Positions 50,629-62,652 of a stretch of DNA of 64,000 nt are shown piece after piece. This stretch comes from Camelus dromedarius (taxonomy: Eukaryota). The position numbers and the translations under genes were made by a program. The stretch spans positions 87,422,001 to 87,486,000 of the forward strand of contig NC_087436.1 in NCBI RefSeq assembly GCF_036321535.1, written 5' to 3'. The notes under the pieces were generated by a model. That model was not told where the DNA came from, made no database searches, and saw nothing but the letters and a program-made list of their open reading frames with translations. How positions within the stretch are numbered: position 1 is the first letter of the stretch; each line of letters begins with the position of its first letter.

Positions 50629-51869
50629 CCTTGGCCTTTTGATTTGTTGCCAACTGGAGAAAACGTGGCACAGAGGTGGCTGTATTTTTATTCAGAAGAG
50701 CACTGCCAATTAGATGGTAAAGGCCTGTAATTTTCTGAATGTTTATAATCCAAGTGGGTGTGCTCAGGGTGCGGCCTGGCGAGAAGCTTTAACGTTCTCC
50801 TTGCAGACGGGCTAACCAAGGGCGATGGCACACAGGCTGGGTGTTTTTCTCTGAAACGGAGTAAATTTGCCAGTGCCCAACGTGAATGTGAGGCTGATTC
50901 AGAGCGCAGGAAGTCAGGGTTTGCCACCGTGGCAGCATTCCAGGGAAGAAGCGTCGGCACGCTCAAGTTCATAGTGGTGTTACCGTGAGGCTTCGGACCG
51001 ACTCATACCCGATAAGTGGAGATTGTTGGCATCTTGAAAATAAATGTCCTGTGGCCAGGTTGGAGGTAGGCAATGAGCGACCGACCCTCCATTTCATCAT
51101 TCATTTGCTGCACACACAAACACACACGCACACACACCCACAGAGTGATTTATTAGATGTCTATTACTGTGTGCGAGCAAAAAAGCAAAATTCCTCTAAA
51201 AACCAATCTTTCAGGTCTGCCTTATTTGTGGGAGCAAGCAGGGAGAACACGGCCAGCTGCAGGAAAAGGCTACATCAAGTACCAGAAGCGTAGGATTGAA
51301 CCTAGCAGAGCAGGCTGTGTGTCCACTAAAGAGATGTGGTGTGACTGTCCTGAGCGTTGACAGCTCCGGGATTGGATGCTGCCACAGTGGAAGAGCCCTT
51401 GGTGAGGCCTCCTTGATTTATCAAGTACAGACTTCACCGGCAGAGGTAATGGAAGCAACAGTCTCATGCCCGAGAGAGGAGGGGAACCGCCCCCACAAGA
51501 AGCCTACCCAGCCATTGCTCTGATGCCTGTGTTCTCTGCCCCATGCCCCCAGAATGTGCCAGGAGGTGCCCATCTGGCCTCACCTGCAGAGGAGCCAGGT
51601 TGCCCATTATTTCTCCAGAGAAGTGTTGGTACCTTCTCTTTGCTTCCCCCATGCTGGTTCCCACCTCACTGATTCCCAACTGTGCTCACAGGCACACAGG
51701 GTGAGTCCACCCTGACCAAACCCCTCATCCTGGCCTTTGTAAGAGGACGGTGGGGCCTGTCTTTCCAGGTCACACGTCGGTAAGTAAATGCTCCTGGTGG
51801 TCGAGAGTGCAGGCCCGGAGGGGTGAGCTGCGCGAATCCACACGGGTGAACATTGTGGCTTGGATCATC

Positions 51870-52060
51870 ATCAGCTGTGTGGACTTGGACAAATTACTTA
51901 ACCTTTCTGTGCCTTGGTTTCCGCATCTAAAAAGGAAGGGGGAAAATATCACCTACCTCCTAGGGTTGTTGTGAGGATTAAAAGGTACAATAGTCATCAG
52001 ATGCTCAGAGGTGTTCCTGGCAATTAGGTAGCACTTAATCAACATTAACCTTTATTATCA
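51870..52060 (+). mobile_element. MIR SINE
   Basis: 'ttggacaaattacttaacctttctgtgccttggtttccgcatctaaaa...cctacctcctagggttgttgtgaggattaaa'. Confidence 0.88.
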
Positions 52061-52175
52061 TTTTAAAATTATTATTATTACAGCACTAGGAAGGTGTGAA
52101 TTTCAGACTCTCTCAGCCATAGATTTTCTCTGTTGCTCTCAAAATTTAGCGATGATACAGAAACTCTTCTATCCT

Positions 52176-52244
52176 CTTTTTTTTTTTTAATTGAAGTATA
52201 TAGTCAGTTACAATGTGTCAATTTCTGGTGTACAGCATAATGTC
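52176..52244 (-). mobile_element. Very short L1 3'-terminal fragment
   Basis: Poly(T) plus 'aattgaagtatatagtcagttacaatgtgtcaatttctggtgtacagcataatgt'. Confidence 0.8.
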
Positions 52245-53049
52245 TTTTTCTAGCCATTTTTCTCCCTCCTTTGCTCTGGATTGAAATAAAAATTAATTTC
52301 CACTTTAGTTTCCTTACCAGGTCCTGTGGCTGGAGGGACAGACAATGTTGCAGGATTTGGAGCTGTACTTAGGGGAGGGGGTGTGGTCCGGAGCCGGCAA
52401 CAAGGGAAGAGGGAGGGAGACGGGGGTCTGACCCTGGGTCTCCTGTGTCTCCCCTGATGTCCCCTTTGTGCCCAGACGGGGGACTCGGATGAACACCTGG
52501 GAGTGGCTGTATGATAGGCGTCGTTGCCTGTTTGATTGTTGGGATTTCAGGTGTTATTTCCACAATGGCTGTGACATCTCCTCCAAAGTTTTGCCAGATG
52601 ACATAAACCACCAAATCTTCCACCTTCCTTTTTATGGGGAATTTTGCTTAATGTTTTTCCTGTGCCCTCATGTCTGGACTCACCTCTGTTTCAAGTTGAG
52701 AAAATGATCTCTCTACTATGACTAAGAGACACCAAAGCGTTATATTAAAATTTGATCAGGGAATCACATATTATTCCACAAGGCAGAACGGACCCAGGGG
52801 CCAGAGTGGCCTTTTGGGGGCTTTTCCATCCCAGACAACCCAAAGGGAATTTGGTTGGGAAACAGGGTTGCAAGCCTGAACAGGTTTTTAATGGTCACCA
52901 GAATTGACGAATTAAGTAGTTCATCAAAGTCCTAGTAAAGGCTTTCAGTCTAATTTAAAATACAAAACATTTTAAGATGTGCATGGTGGATTTTTAATAT
53001 CATCTGGCACAGTCATTCCGAGTATTTCCTCCAAAGGAGACTTCTGGGC

Positions 53050-53240
53050 TAAGATCCTTGCTCTGCTACTTATCAGCTGTGTGACCCTGACCCAGATTCC
53101 TGACCTTGCTGTGCTGGTTTCCTCATCTGTCAAATGGAACTGATAGTAGCTACCTCCTAGGGTGGCGTAAAGGTAGTAAGTGTCATAAGGCCCTTAGAAC
53201 AGCCCTCGGCTCATAGTAGCGCTTCAGTTAATGTGAGCTG
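53050..53240 (+). mobile_element. MIR SINE
   Basis: 'ctctgctacttatcagctgtgtgacc...ggtttcctcatctgtcaaatgg...cttagaacag'. Confidence 0.82.
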
Positions 53241-53320
53241 CGAACATAATTTTAATTTTCAAGTGTCTAATCAACTGCCTATGTAAAATCACAAGCATAT
53301 GCTTAAAAAAGAATATGTTT

Positions 53321-53446
53321 GGGGGGGAGGGTATAGGTCAGTGGTAGAGTGTGTGCTTAGCATGCATGAGGCCCTGGGTTCAATCCCCAGTATCTCCATT
53401 CAAATAGATAAATAAATGAAACTAACTACCTCCCCCCAACAAAAAT
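53321..53446 (+). mobile_element. tRNA-Ala-derived SINE (long form)
   Basis: GGGGAGGGTATAGGTCAGTGGTAGAGTGTGTGCTTAGCATGCATGAGGCCCTGGGTTCAATCCCCAG..., tail 'aactaactacctcccccc'. Confidence 0.9.
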
Positions 53447-53844
53447 ATTTCATTACAACAGTGGTATTATTTTTTGAATACACACAGACGTACCATAAAG
53501 AAAGAATGTTTTAAAGGGTAGGCTTAGTAAAATACTTTCTCATGGTAAAAAGTCCACAAGACTTTCTCTTCTGCCCCTTGATAAGGAGGAAGAGGAAGTT
53601 GATTCTCAGCTGTGCTTGACTCTAGGGAGGTCTAGAAGGTTGCTGTCTACGGTCCACGGAGCACCAGTGCTGTCATCCAGTGCTCTTCAGCTGTGGGCAT
53701 GGGTGACAGGCCTGCCAGCTTACGTCAGGGCTTTGTCTGCATTTCATCAGACTTCACCTACAACCAGAGATCTGTATGCGAAACTGCAAGTCTCTCCTCA
53801 TCTCAGTCTATTCTCTGGCCCACGATTTTAATTATCATCTCTGG

Positions 53845-54660
53845 GACTGTCACATATTTGCAGCTCCAGCCCAGCCTGTCCAAGCTCTGGGCCATCTCCA
53901 ACTTAATATGTCCTCTTGGATGCCTAAGAAACCTGGAAATCAACACGATTAAAACTGAGCTCATCATCTTCCCTCTCGAACCTGACCCTCTTTTAAGCAT
54001 CGCCATTTCACCATCTCATTGTCCAAGCCACAAACTTCAGCTCCACCCTGACAGCTTCTCCCTCACCTTTTTTCTAACTCTTCACCAAATATCATTGGTT
54101 TCACCTTTTAAATTGCCATGGAAACATCTATTCCTGCCTGCATCTACTCCAATCCTCACCAACAGCACTTATGTTCGAACTACCCACAGTGCCCATCTGG
54201 ACCACTGCTGCCTTTTAGCTGGGTTTCCCAAATTCATTCAAGGTCCTTCTCCAATCCATTTTCCACACTGAAGTCAGAGTAATCTTTTCAGATCTGATTA
54301 AGTCACCTCCCTGTTTAATATACTCAAATGATTTTTCATTATTTTTAGAATAAAGATAACATCTTGGTGTCTTAATTCAGCCTACAGGATCCTGTATGGT
54401 CTGGCCTCCTTCCTTTCCTGGTTCATCTTGCAGACTTACTTCACTTGGTTTCTCTTCCTCTGTCCCTCAGGCCTTCTTTCTGTCCTTTATCTTTTTCACT
54501 CTCCCTCTCACCACAGGGTCTTTGCATCTATCGCTTTAAATGATCTTCCATCCTCTCTCAGCCTAACCAGTGCCTACTTTTCTTCCCAGCTCAAGCATCA
54601 CTTCAGCAAGAAAGCCTTTCTTGACCTCCCTGACAAGATCAACCTCTTCTAGTAAAGGAT
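53845..54660 (+). mobile_element. L2 LINE fragment
   Basis: 'ctccagcccagcctgtccaagctctgg...tcctcttggatgcctaa...aaaactgagctcatcatctt...ccattttccacactgaagtcagagtaatctttt'. Confidence 0.82.
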
Positions 54661-54689
54661 CTCAGAAAACTGAGTACTTCTGACAGTAC

Positions 54690-55100
54690 TTCATGAATGC
54701 GTTCATCCAACAAATTTTTATTGAGCACCTACCAACTGTCAAGTTCTGTTCTAGGTACAGGAGCATAGTTGTAGGTCACTGAACATAACAGACAATGTCT
54801 CTGTCATGGAGCTGCCATTCTAGGATGGGAAACAAACAATAAACAAATAAACATAAACGTCAGGATGATGAAGTACTCAAAAAACAGATAAAGCAGGGGG
54901 GTGGAACGGAGACAGGGATGCTTGAAAGAGTAGGTTTGAATGGGTAGATGATAAGTTCAGTCTTAGATATGTTGATTTCGAGGTTTCTTAGGCATCCAAG
55001 AAGACAAATTAAATTGGAATAGTCTGGAGCTTGGAAAGTCTAAGCTGGAGCCATAAATACGCGTGTTCCAGAGACGGTAATTAAAACCACAGGGAATTGG
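54690..55100 (-). mobile_element. L2 LINE 3' fragments
   Basis: 'ttcatccaacaaatttttattgagcacctac', 'aagttcagtcttagatatgttgatttcgagg'. Confidence 0.75.
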
Positions 55101-55686
55101 AGGGGGTCAGATTGGCAGTTTTCCATTTCTTTGTGTGGTTACATGATTGATATTTGTATTCCCCACTAGACTGTAAGCTCCAGGAGGGCTGGATTTGCTT
55201 ATCTTTTATCTTCAGCATCTCATGAGATAATGCCTATCTCGTCATAGACGTCCAGGAAAAATGATTCCAGCTGACAGCAACCGTACAGAATGGAATGCAA
55301 CACTGTTGAATCACCTTATGTGCGTAGATATTAATGATTTTTTGAAGTGATATTTGAAAATGAATAGCATGTCTCTTCAAAGCAATTTAACTTTTAAATC
55401 TCTAGGTTTGAATGTAACACAGAGATCTTGGAAAATTTCAGACACTCAATATTTTAAGTTCCCTTCATTCTTAGACAAAAACCAAATCCTGAAAACATCT
55501 TGCACTTTCTTAATTTTTATACTTATAAATGATTTTCAAGTTAAAAGTCAAAAAGCAATTAAATTAGCGAACTCTGCTGTAACGAAAGAAGCCAGTAAAA
55601 ACGAGGACCAGCTTCGCAGCTGGGTCTGTATTTTGGAAAGAACATAACTCTTGCCAAAGAATTTGCAACAGCCCGAAAACCATATG

Positions 55687-55725
55687 CTTTAACTTGAGCT
55701 TTTTAACTTTAACTTGAGCTTTTTA
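55687..55725. repeat. 20-bp-period tandem duplication
   Basis: ctttaacttgagcttttta at 55687-55705 and 55707-55725. Confidence 0.9.
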
Positions 55726-56337
55726 GCTATTTCTAGGAAGCAGGAATAGCTACATTTCCAAGGGATTTATTTTTCTTCCCTCTAGAGACAGTCAGCATTT
55801 TTGAAAAACAGGATTTGTCCACTAAGCATTTCTGGGGAAGACAAAGCACCACTGGGTATTTCTGCTTTATTTCTCAATTAGAGCGAAAACAAACAAACAA
55901 AACTAAAATAGGGGCAATGATAACAGGATAGTGAGGAAAAGTAAACGCGAATAGGATTTCTCAAAGTGATATTTAATTTTAAAAGCACTAAATTCATTTG
56001 CAATAACTAATCTAAATCATTTTGTGAGTTTACTTTATAGTAGGGTTTCTTTCAGTTTTTTTCCCACATATTCTACTAAAGGAGCTCTTGAAAAGGAATG
56101 ATTTTGTAGAAATTCCTTCAGGAAATGAAGAGAGGGAAGTTACAATAAGGCAGAAAATTGTGCCGCAAGCAGATTCTACTGGGATGGATATAAGGGTGGG
56201 TGTGGAGCAAGGACACATTAATTCATGGCCATTTGGTTAAAAAAAAAAATGCAAAAAAGCACAGAGTTTGCTTTGGAAAATTTTCCAAGAACAGATCGTC
56301 CCAACCAGGGAGCGGTACTGGTTGAACCATAGAGCTC

Positions 56338-56354
56338 TACTGACATCTAGTGGA
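56338..56354 (-). promoter_or_regulatory. CTCF-like motif
   Basis: Minus strand TCCACTAGATGTCAGTA fits the CTCF core CCACTAGRKGGCAG with one mismatch, in unique sequence. Confidence 0.5.
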
Positions 56355-56499
56355 CAAAGACAAGATGACCATCTATGAAATGAAATACTCTTCATTGCTA
56401 TATATGCTAAAAAGCAAAAAGCAAAATATTTACGTATTACTATAGGTCAAGAGAAACTATAGCAATGAATGTCCTCAAGTTAAGGGCTTTCTTCTATAA

Positions 56500-56680
56500 C
56501 AGCTCACTTGATTCCTTCTGCAACAACCCTGAGAGCAAAGCAGAGAAATTATCAATCTCATTTGACAAATGGGAAACTGAAGCTGGAGAAAGATGGATTT
56601 AATGATTTTCCCAAGATGACACCCTAGTGAGGGACAGAGCAGGACAAAAACAGAAGACTTCTTCCACCTCAGACCTCTCT
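56500..56680 (-). mobile_element. MIR SINE
   Basis: 'caacaaccctgag...catttgacaaatgggaaactgaagctggagaa...ttttcccaagatgacac'. Confidence 0.75.
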
Positions 56681-58427
56681 CTTCTGCAGAACTCCTCTCT
56701 GCATTCACAGTTCTGCCTCCCCAGCTTCAGAGGACACTGAAAGACATCCTCCAAATGCAAATAAGATGGCCACTCCTCATTTGGGAGAAGAGAGGGGGCA
56801 TGATCTGATCTGATTCCTGGGGAAATTCTGATTGAGTATTCCCTCCCTAAGTTTGTGCTACCTTAGCCTCTAAAACCACAAATTAGAAAACTCCAACTCC
56901 CTAGCAAAAATGGTGATATGAAAGTAACAAACAAATATCCTTCTCCCCCTTTTCCAAATACATATATATGTATATATCTCCCCTGAAAAAGTCTTAGGGT
57001 TTTTTTTCCTCCAGTATATTTTACACTGCAGGCAGATACCAAGCATCTAATTTTAAGTTTGCTCATTTAATAGCAGAAACAACAAAGCAGCAAAAAGCCC
57101 AGGAGGAAAGCCAGATAAATGGGAAAGAACTTAAAAGAAGAACAACTCCAGGGAGGCAGCCATCTTCACATCTACGGAGTGAAAAGAGCTCTATGGGAGA
57201 GAACATTGGCTTCCATTTGGGTTTCAGAAAAAAATTTATTTGGGGATAACCGAAGCCCCAACTCAGACTTCTGAACTGATTTCAATCTTTCCCAACGCTT
57301 TTTAAAAATGTTAAGGTTTCATAGTTAAAGTACTACAAGGTCGACTTATTTTGAATACAATGTAATAATAACTACACACTAAAAAGTAAATTTATATGAA
57401 CAGGCCAAAATATCTAGGGGGAAATATAAGTTTCCTTATTCATCTAGGGGAATTATGATTTGTTTAATGAACTTGCCTAGAGCATTTTTACTGGTGAAAA
57501 GGTCATTGCCCTCATATGTTTTAAAAAAACAAAACCTCCACTCCTTTAACTGTAACTTAAAGAGCAAGCGAAGAGAGCAGACATTTGCCCTTCCTCTGAC
57601 CTAAAATCAGCATTAAACCTTCTGGAAAAAAAGAAAGATTTTTAATAGTTCATTATGAAATCTGATCTTTTCAGGTTGCGTTGGTTAGGGGGAAAAAAAT
57701 GTCCAAGAGGACAGTTCAGAAAATTTTAATTGAGATGGGGGTGTGATATTTAGAACTTAAGGATTTTCCCAGGCCTTCAGTTTTAAGATTTGACCCATTA
57801 ATATATGTTTTCATTGGAATCCTAAAAGCAAGGGAAAGGCTTTAATTCGAGGGAAATGATGGTTATTTTTCAAACATGGTAATTATTTGTTCAACCAGAA
57901 AATTACTATAATTTACTTAAACTCCCATCCGGCTCAGGATTTCATTTTCAAATCTGTTTCCTTTGACATAGAAAATGAAGATATTGGAATTTGCTGAGAG
58001 ATTTATTAGGACACCGTTATCTGAACAAGAAACCATTGGAAATTGGCTACCTACCAATTTTGTGTATTCTTAACAGTGTATGCTTCGCACAACAAGCAAA
58101 AGGATGGTTTGTGTGTAACAATTTCTGTGTTAATTTCAATGAGGAGAACGCTGACTCAGGTCATTAAACACCAACCTGGTTTGGCTGTTGTCTATGCTAA
58201 CTGAATTAACCTAATACTATACTTCCTCTGAATGGGCGCACAATAGTCAAAAACCTCTAAGTAGAAACAGGAAAAAAGTTATGAAAACCTGATATGAGTA
58301 GCCCGTCTCAAGAATCCAGTGAAAGTTGTCATGGTCCAGAAATCACATATAACAGAAGTTGCAAATTTCAGCATCCTTAGGAGCTGGACAAATGACATGG
58401 AGCAGAGATGCTGGCTGGGGTGATAAG

Positions 58428-58677
58428 CAGAGGCTGTAAATGGTGTGACAGACTGCACAGAACATGCCTTGATTCAAGAGGCACCATCTACTTCTCAGCT
58501 CCACTCAGTTATGTGAGTTAAGAACACGGGGAGAAGTCAAGCCTCAGGAGTTTTGAGCGAAGTCTCCCCAGTTTTAAAATACTGGCTATTAATTCAACCT
58601 AAAAACTCAGACAGGGCCAAACCAAGAATGTCTGTAGACTGCATTCAACTCATGAGTCACCAGTTTATGATATCTGA
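58428..58677. mobile_element. hAT-Charlie MITE relic (MER102-like)
   Basis: CAGAGG...ATCTG termini; 'ttttaaaatactggc', 'gggccaaaccaagaatgtctgtag'. Confidence 0.45.
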
Positions 58678-58899
58678 CATGTAACATCTGGGCTGAGTCA
58701 ACTTCTCGTTTCTCAGTGCGCAGGCTTTTGCGTATGTGTGTACAGGCATAGATTTGCATATCTTAGACCTATCAGCATATCCAAGGTTGAGTCAAATTGA
58801 CAGATTAAGCTGGATTGAGCCCCTTCAGCTATGTGATAGACACTGTCAGAGCCCTGAAGCACGAGTAAGGCCAAGAGGGTCACCCTCCACCAGATGCCC

Positions 58900-59370
58900 T
58901 CCCCTCCCAGTGCTCCCTGGGCCTCCCACCCTCTGCACCCCACACTCCAATTTCCCACCTTTGCTGTACTTTGACATCCAGCAGGCAGTGTCTGTGGCTC
59001 TTCTCTGCGGGACTGCCTCAGACCGACTGGAGCCACTTTGCTGACAGGAGCAGAGAGCCAGCAGTACATCCCCCCAGGGCAGGCAGCCCTTCGCTGCTGG
59101 CTTTCTGGCATGGGAGTATGAAAGTCCGGCTCCTGTGCCTTGGACTGGGGTGACTTGGAGCTAGAACATCCACCCCAGAGCTCCCCTGCTGGATCAGGGT
59201 GATGCTTCCTTCTGTGGGACTTTGACCCCTTTGGACCCGTGTTTGGTTTCCTCCTCTTCTCCTTTCTGCTCCCCTACTCCCTTTTGGTCCCCCCAGGAGC
59301 AAGCCCTTCCTTAATAAATAATTTGCACATAAACCTTCATCTCAGAATTCTGCTAAAACCAACCTTAGGG
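58900..59370 (+). mobile_element. ERVL LTR16-like LTR
   Basis: 'actggagccactttgc...ggcagccc...cagagctcccctgctggatcagg...ttccttaataaataatttgcacataaaccttcatctcag'. Confidence 0.7.
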
Positions 59371-59384
59371 CACCAGCCTTCATT

Positions 59385-59510
59385 GCACCTTAATTTCTTC
59401 TCCCCTAATATGAGGACGATCGCATGACCTACCTCAGAGTGATTGTGACGATTAGATGAGTTAACATGTGTAAAGAGCTTAGAACAATCACTGTGTAAGT
59501 GTTAGCTAGA
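59385..59510 (+). mobile_element. MIR SINE 3' half
   Basis: 'acctacctcagagtgattgtgacgattagatgagttaacatgtgtaaagagcttagaaca'. Confidence 0.8.
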
Positions 59511-60289
59511 AACACCTCTCATAGCGTTAAGGAGATGCAAATAAAAACGAAACAGTCATCTTGCCTTTCAGCCAAGTTCTGTTTTCTGATATAAGCACAT
59601 ACTGATTTAAACTTTGGAGAGATACATATAGCTCAATATGTCTTTCTGTTCTCCAGGATTCACACATGATCACATGACATGCCTCTGGGATGAGGCAGGA
59701 CCCCAGAAACAAATACAACCTAAGCATGGAACGGAGAGTGTGTTTATAGGTGGCAAAACCACCAGACCGTGGCACGGGACAGCGCAGACCCCTCAGACAT
59801 CCTAACGAAGCATCACAATTGACTCAGCTGCAGCCCATCTGTCAAAGGAATAGACCATAGTAAGCTTAACTCTCATGGTCCATTTGTTTCTTCTATATTG
59901 ACGTGGCTTAAGCTTCCTGTCTTCCCTGCAGAAACAGGCATCTCTTTCCAAACTCCTCCGTTGTTGTCAACAGCACCATCATCTTTCTAATCCCTCAAGA
60001 TTACAAGCTTAGGATAGTTTATTTCCAACCTCATCCCCCCAAACCATCTATCATCATGTTTTGCGTACTGTTGTTTTTTTTTTTTTCCATGAAGCCCAGC
60101 AGATCTTTTCCTTTCTGAAGCTGCCACTGTAATTAACATAAGCCCTAATATGTCATGTTTGGTGATTTCCCAGGGCTGGCTTGCTCTCCTACCTTCTTGT
60201 CTCTTCTGTCCTCTAGTCACTGTCAATCTAGCCAGTAGATTACTGCTTTACACAGCCAAGAACATGTGTTACCTGCTCAAATTGAAAGC

Positions 60290-60500
60290 ACAAGTGTATA
60301 GTGTAACCTATGAACCAGGGACTGTTTTAAGTTCTTTACAAATACAGGCAACTCTCCAGGGTATGTGCTATTACTGCCCCAGTTTTAGAAATGAGGAAAC
60401 TGAGAGGTAATTAACTTACCAGAGGTTATCAAGCTAGTGTCCACTAGAACCACAGCTCAAAGCCACAGCCGTCTGGTTGCGGAGTCTGGGCACTTACTGA
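60290..60500 (-). mobile_element. MIR SINE
   Basis: 'ccccagttttagaaatgaggaaactgagaggtaattaacttaccagaggt'. Confidence 0.8.
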
Positions 60501-62171
60501 CAGGCGCGTGCCGACAATAACAAGACTCTGCCTCTCAGTCAAGGTTGCCTGTCACCATCAGCAACCTTTACCACGACCTTCTCTCCAACCCTCCTCTCCA
60601 AGTTATCCTCACTTCTGAGTTTCTGTGTGCCATTCTGTAGGCAGAATAAGACAAGAAACATTCTGCGAATGGTGAGAAGATGGCTTGTTTGGGAGGTTTA
60701 AACAGGGAAGTCACAGGAAGTGACACTGGGGTGAGTAAGTGATCTCTTTGAGGAGAAGGATTAGGCCGCAGCTATAAGCTGACCTGCTCATGAACCCACA
60801 ACTAGTGAGTGTTATCACTGGCTCTCAAAATGTTAATAAGCTCAGTTTTTACAGACTCTCACCTTGAGAGATGTTCTTAGAGAACTTGGCCAGGGGCTAT
60901 TTTATGGCCCCACTAAGTCCTTTTCTCCACAGACCAGGTACCATCCTCAAAAAGAGCCTATGCATGGCTCTCTTATACTCCTGGACTCCTTAAGCCTCCA
61001 AGACTCTTCCTCACTGTTTGAGAGCGATAATTCCAAATTTCCAATGCCATCTCTTCAGTATTTTTCCAGGATGCCTAAGGGGTCCTCATGCAAATAGGAC
61101 CCAAATGTCCTGCTGAATGTCCCAAAGACCCCATGAGAAATGTAACATTAGGCTACACTATGATTCTACTACGTTTGAATATATATTTTACATTTTTTTA
61201 ACTTAAAGACGTTGAGGATTATAAGTAATGCTTCCATTATTACCACACTGATGCATGCTGTTTCATATACAGAAGGCCTGTCCAAATTCTTATTTACCTT
61301 TAAACAAACTAAATTTGGCTATGGTCGTGAATCTTTAGTAATTTGCCTGTCCTTGACATAATTCTCCCCCAATTAATTTTCAAAGTAATTGCTTAAATGA
61401 TCGTTAACATCTTCCTTAGGAACACATTAATATTTGCTGAATCTTTTAACCAAAATAGAATTACTAGGAGTGGTTTCATAAACTATTACTGGATGAAGTG
61501 CTAAAAATTGACAAAAATATAGTATACTCCCAAAGCTTTGCAATCTAACTACTAAACTGAAGAAAATAAATGAAAGATTTCAAATATATATGATTCAGCC
61601 ACCATCTGGAATGCCTTAATATAGCAAAATACAAAAGCAATACTAAAGACTGCATTTTACTGTATTTCTTCAAACTAACTCAATTATAGACCCATCTCAT
61701 GAAAGCAGATTGTGATTATTTGGTTGGGGTGAACATAAGCTTTTAAAATATTGTTTTAATTTTGAACCCAAAGGGAGGTGACAGAGAATGGTTGGACATT
61801 AATTTCTTTAAAATTGTCCCTTGAGGGACTATAGCAACCATTTTATTTCATTGTAACTGAGACATAGTATCAATATGGCTCCCTCAACTGGATGGAACAT
61901 GACACATGACAGAGCCATTGACAGCAGATGAGTTGGTAGCGTGAGATCAAAGCACAAAGGGAGCAGAAGGTAGTCAAAGTCAAATTCTCTTGGCCAAAAT
62001 TTTTGCAGGTTTTAGAGATTCCATATGATAATGTCTCAGGATTCAGAGAAATGTGGTAGAGAGTTTGTCATACAAAGTGCTGCTTCTAGCTGGAATCTTA
62101 GCTCCAACAGTCAGATACTGCCAACTAGGTATCTATGTTAAATCATTCCTGGAGGGCATCTTCAATAAAAC

Positions 62172-62652
62172 AACTGGATAAAGAAGAAGTGGTATATTTA
62201 TACAATAGAATACTATTCAGCCATAAAAACCGACAACATAACGCCATTTGCAGCAACATGGATGCTCCTGGAGAATGTCATTCTAAGTGAAGTAAGCCAG
62301 AAAGAGAAAGAAAAATACCATATGAGATTGCTTATATGTGGAATCTAAAAAATAAATAAGTAAATAAATACAAAACTGACTCATAGACATAGAATACAAA
62401 CTTGTGGTTGCCAGGGGGACGGGGATGGGAAGAGACAGACTGGGATTTCAAAATGTAGAATAGATAAACAAGATTGTACTGTGTAGCACAGGGAAATATA
62501 TACATGATCTTGTGGTGGCTCACAGCGAAAGAGAATGTGACAATGAATGTATGTATGTTCATGTATAACTGAAAAATTGTGCTCTATACTGGAATTTGAC
62601 ACAACATTGTAAAATGACTGTAACTCAATAAAAAAAATGTTAAAAAAAAAAA
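62172..62652 (+). mobile_element. Young 5'-truncated LINE-1 3' end (same subfamily as 24572-25100)
   Basis: 'ctggataaagaagaagtggtatatttatacaat...ctggaatttgacacaacattgtaaaatgactgtaactcaataaaaaaaatgttaaaaaaaaaaa'; no clean TSD seen. Confidence 0.93.

Noticed and set aside
53446..53511. 3' transduction by the SINE at 53321 (a TSD-like 'aagaatgttt' ~60 bp downstream)
   Set aside because: The match is imperfect and A-rich, and a T6 Pol III terminator at ~53470 lies inside the supposed transduced segment.
53693..54271. 192-aa ORF, the longest in the window
   Set aside because: It lies mostly in a pyrimidine-rich decayed L2, has no recognisable domain and shows no gene context.
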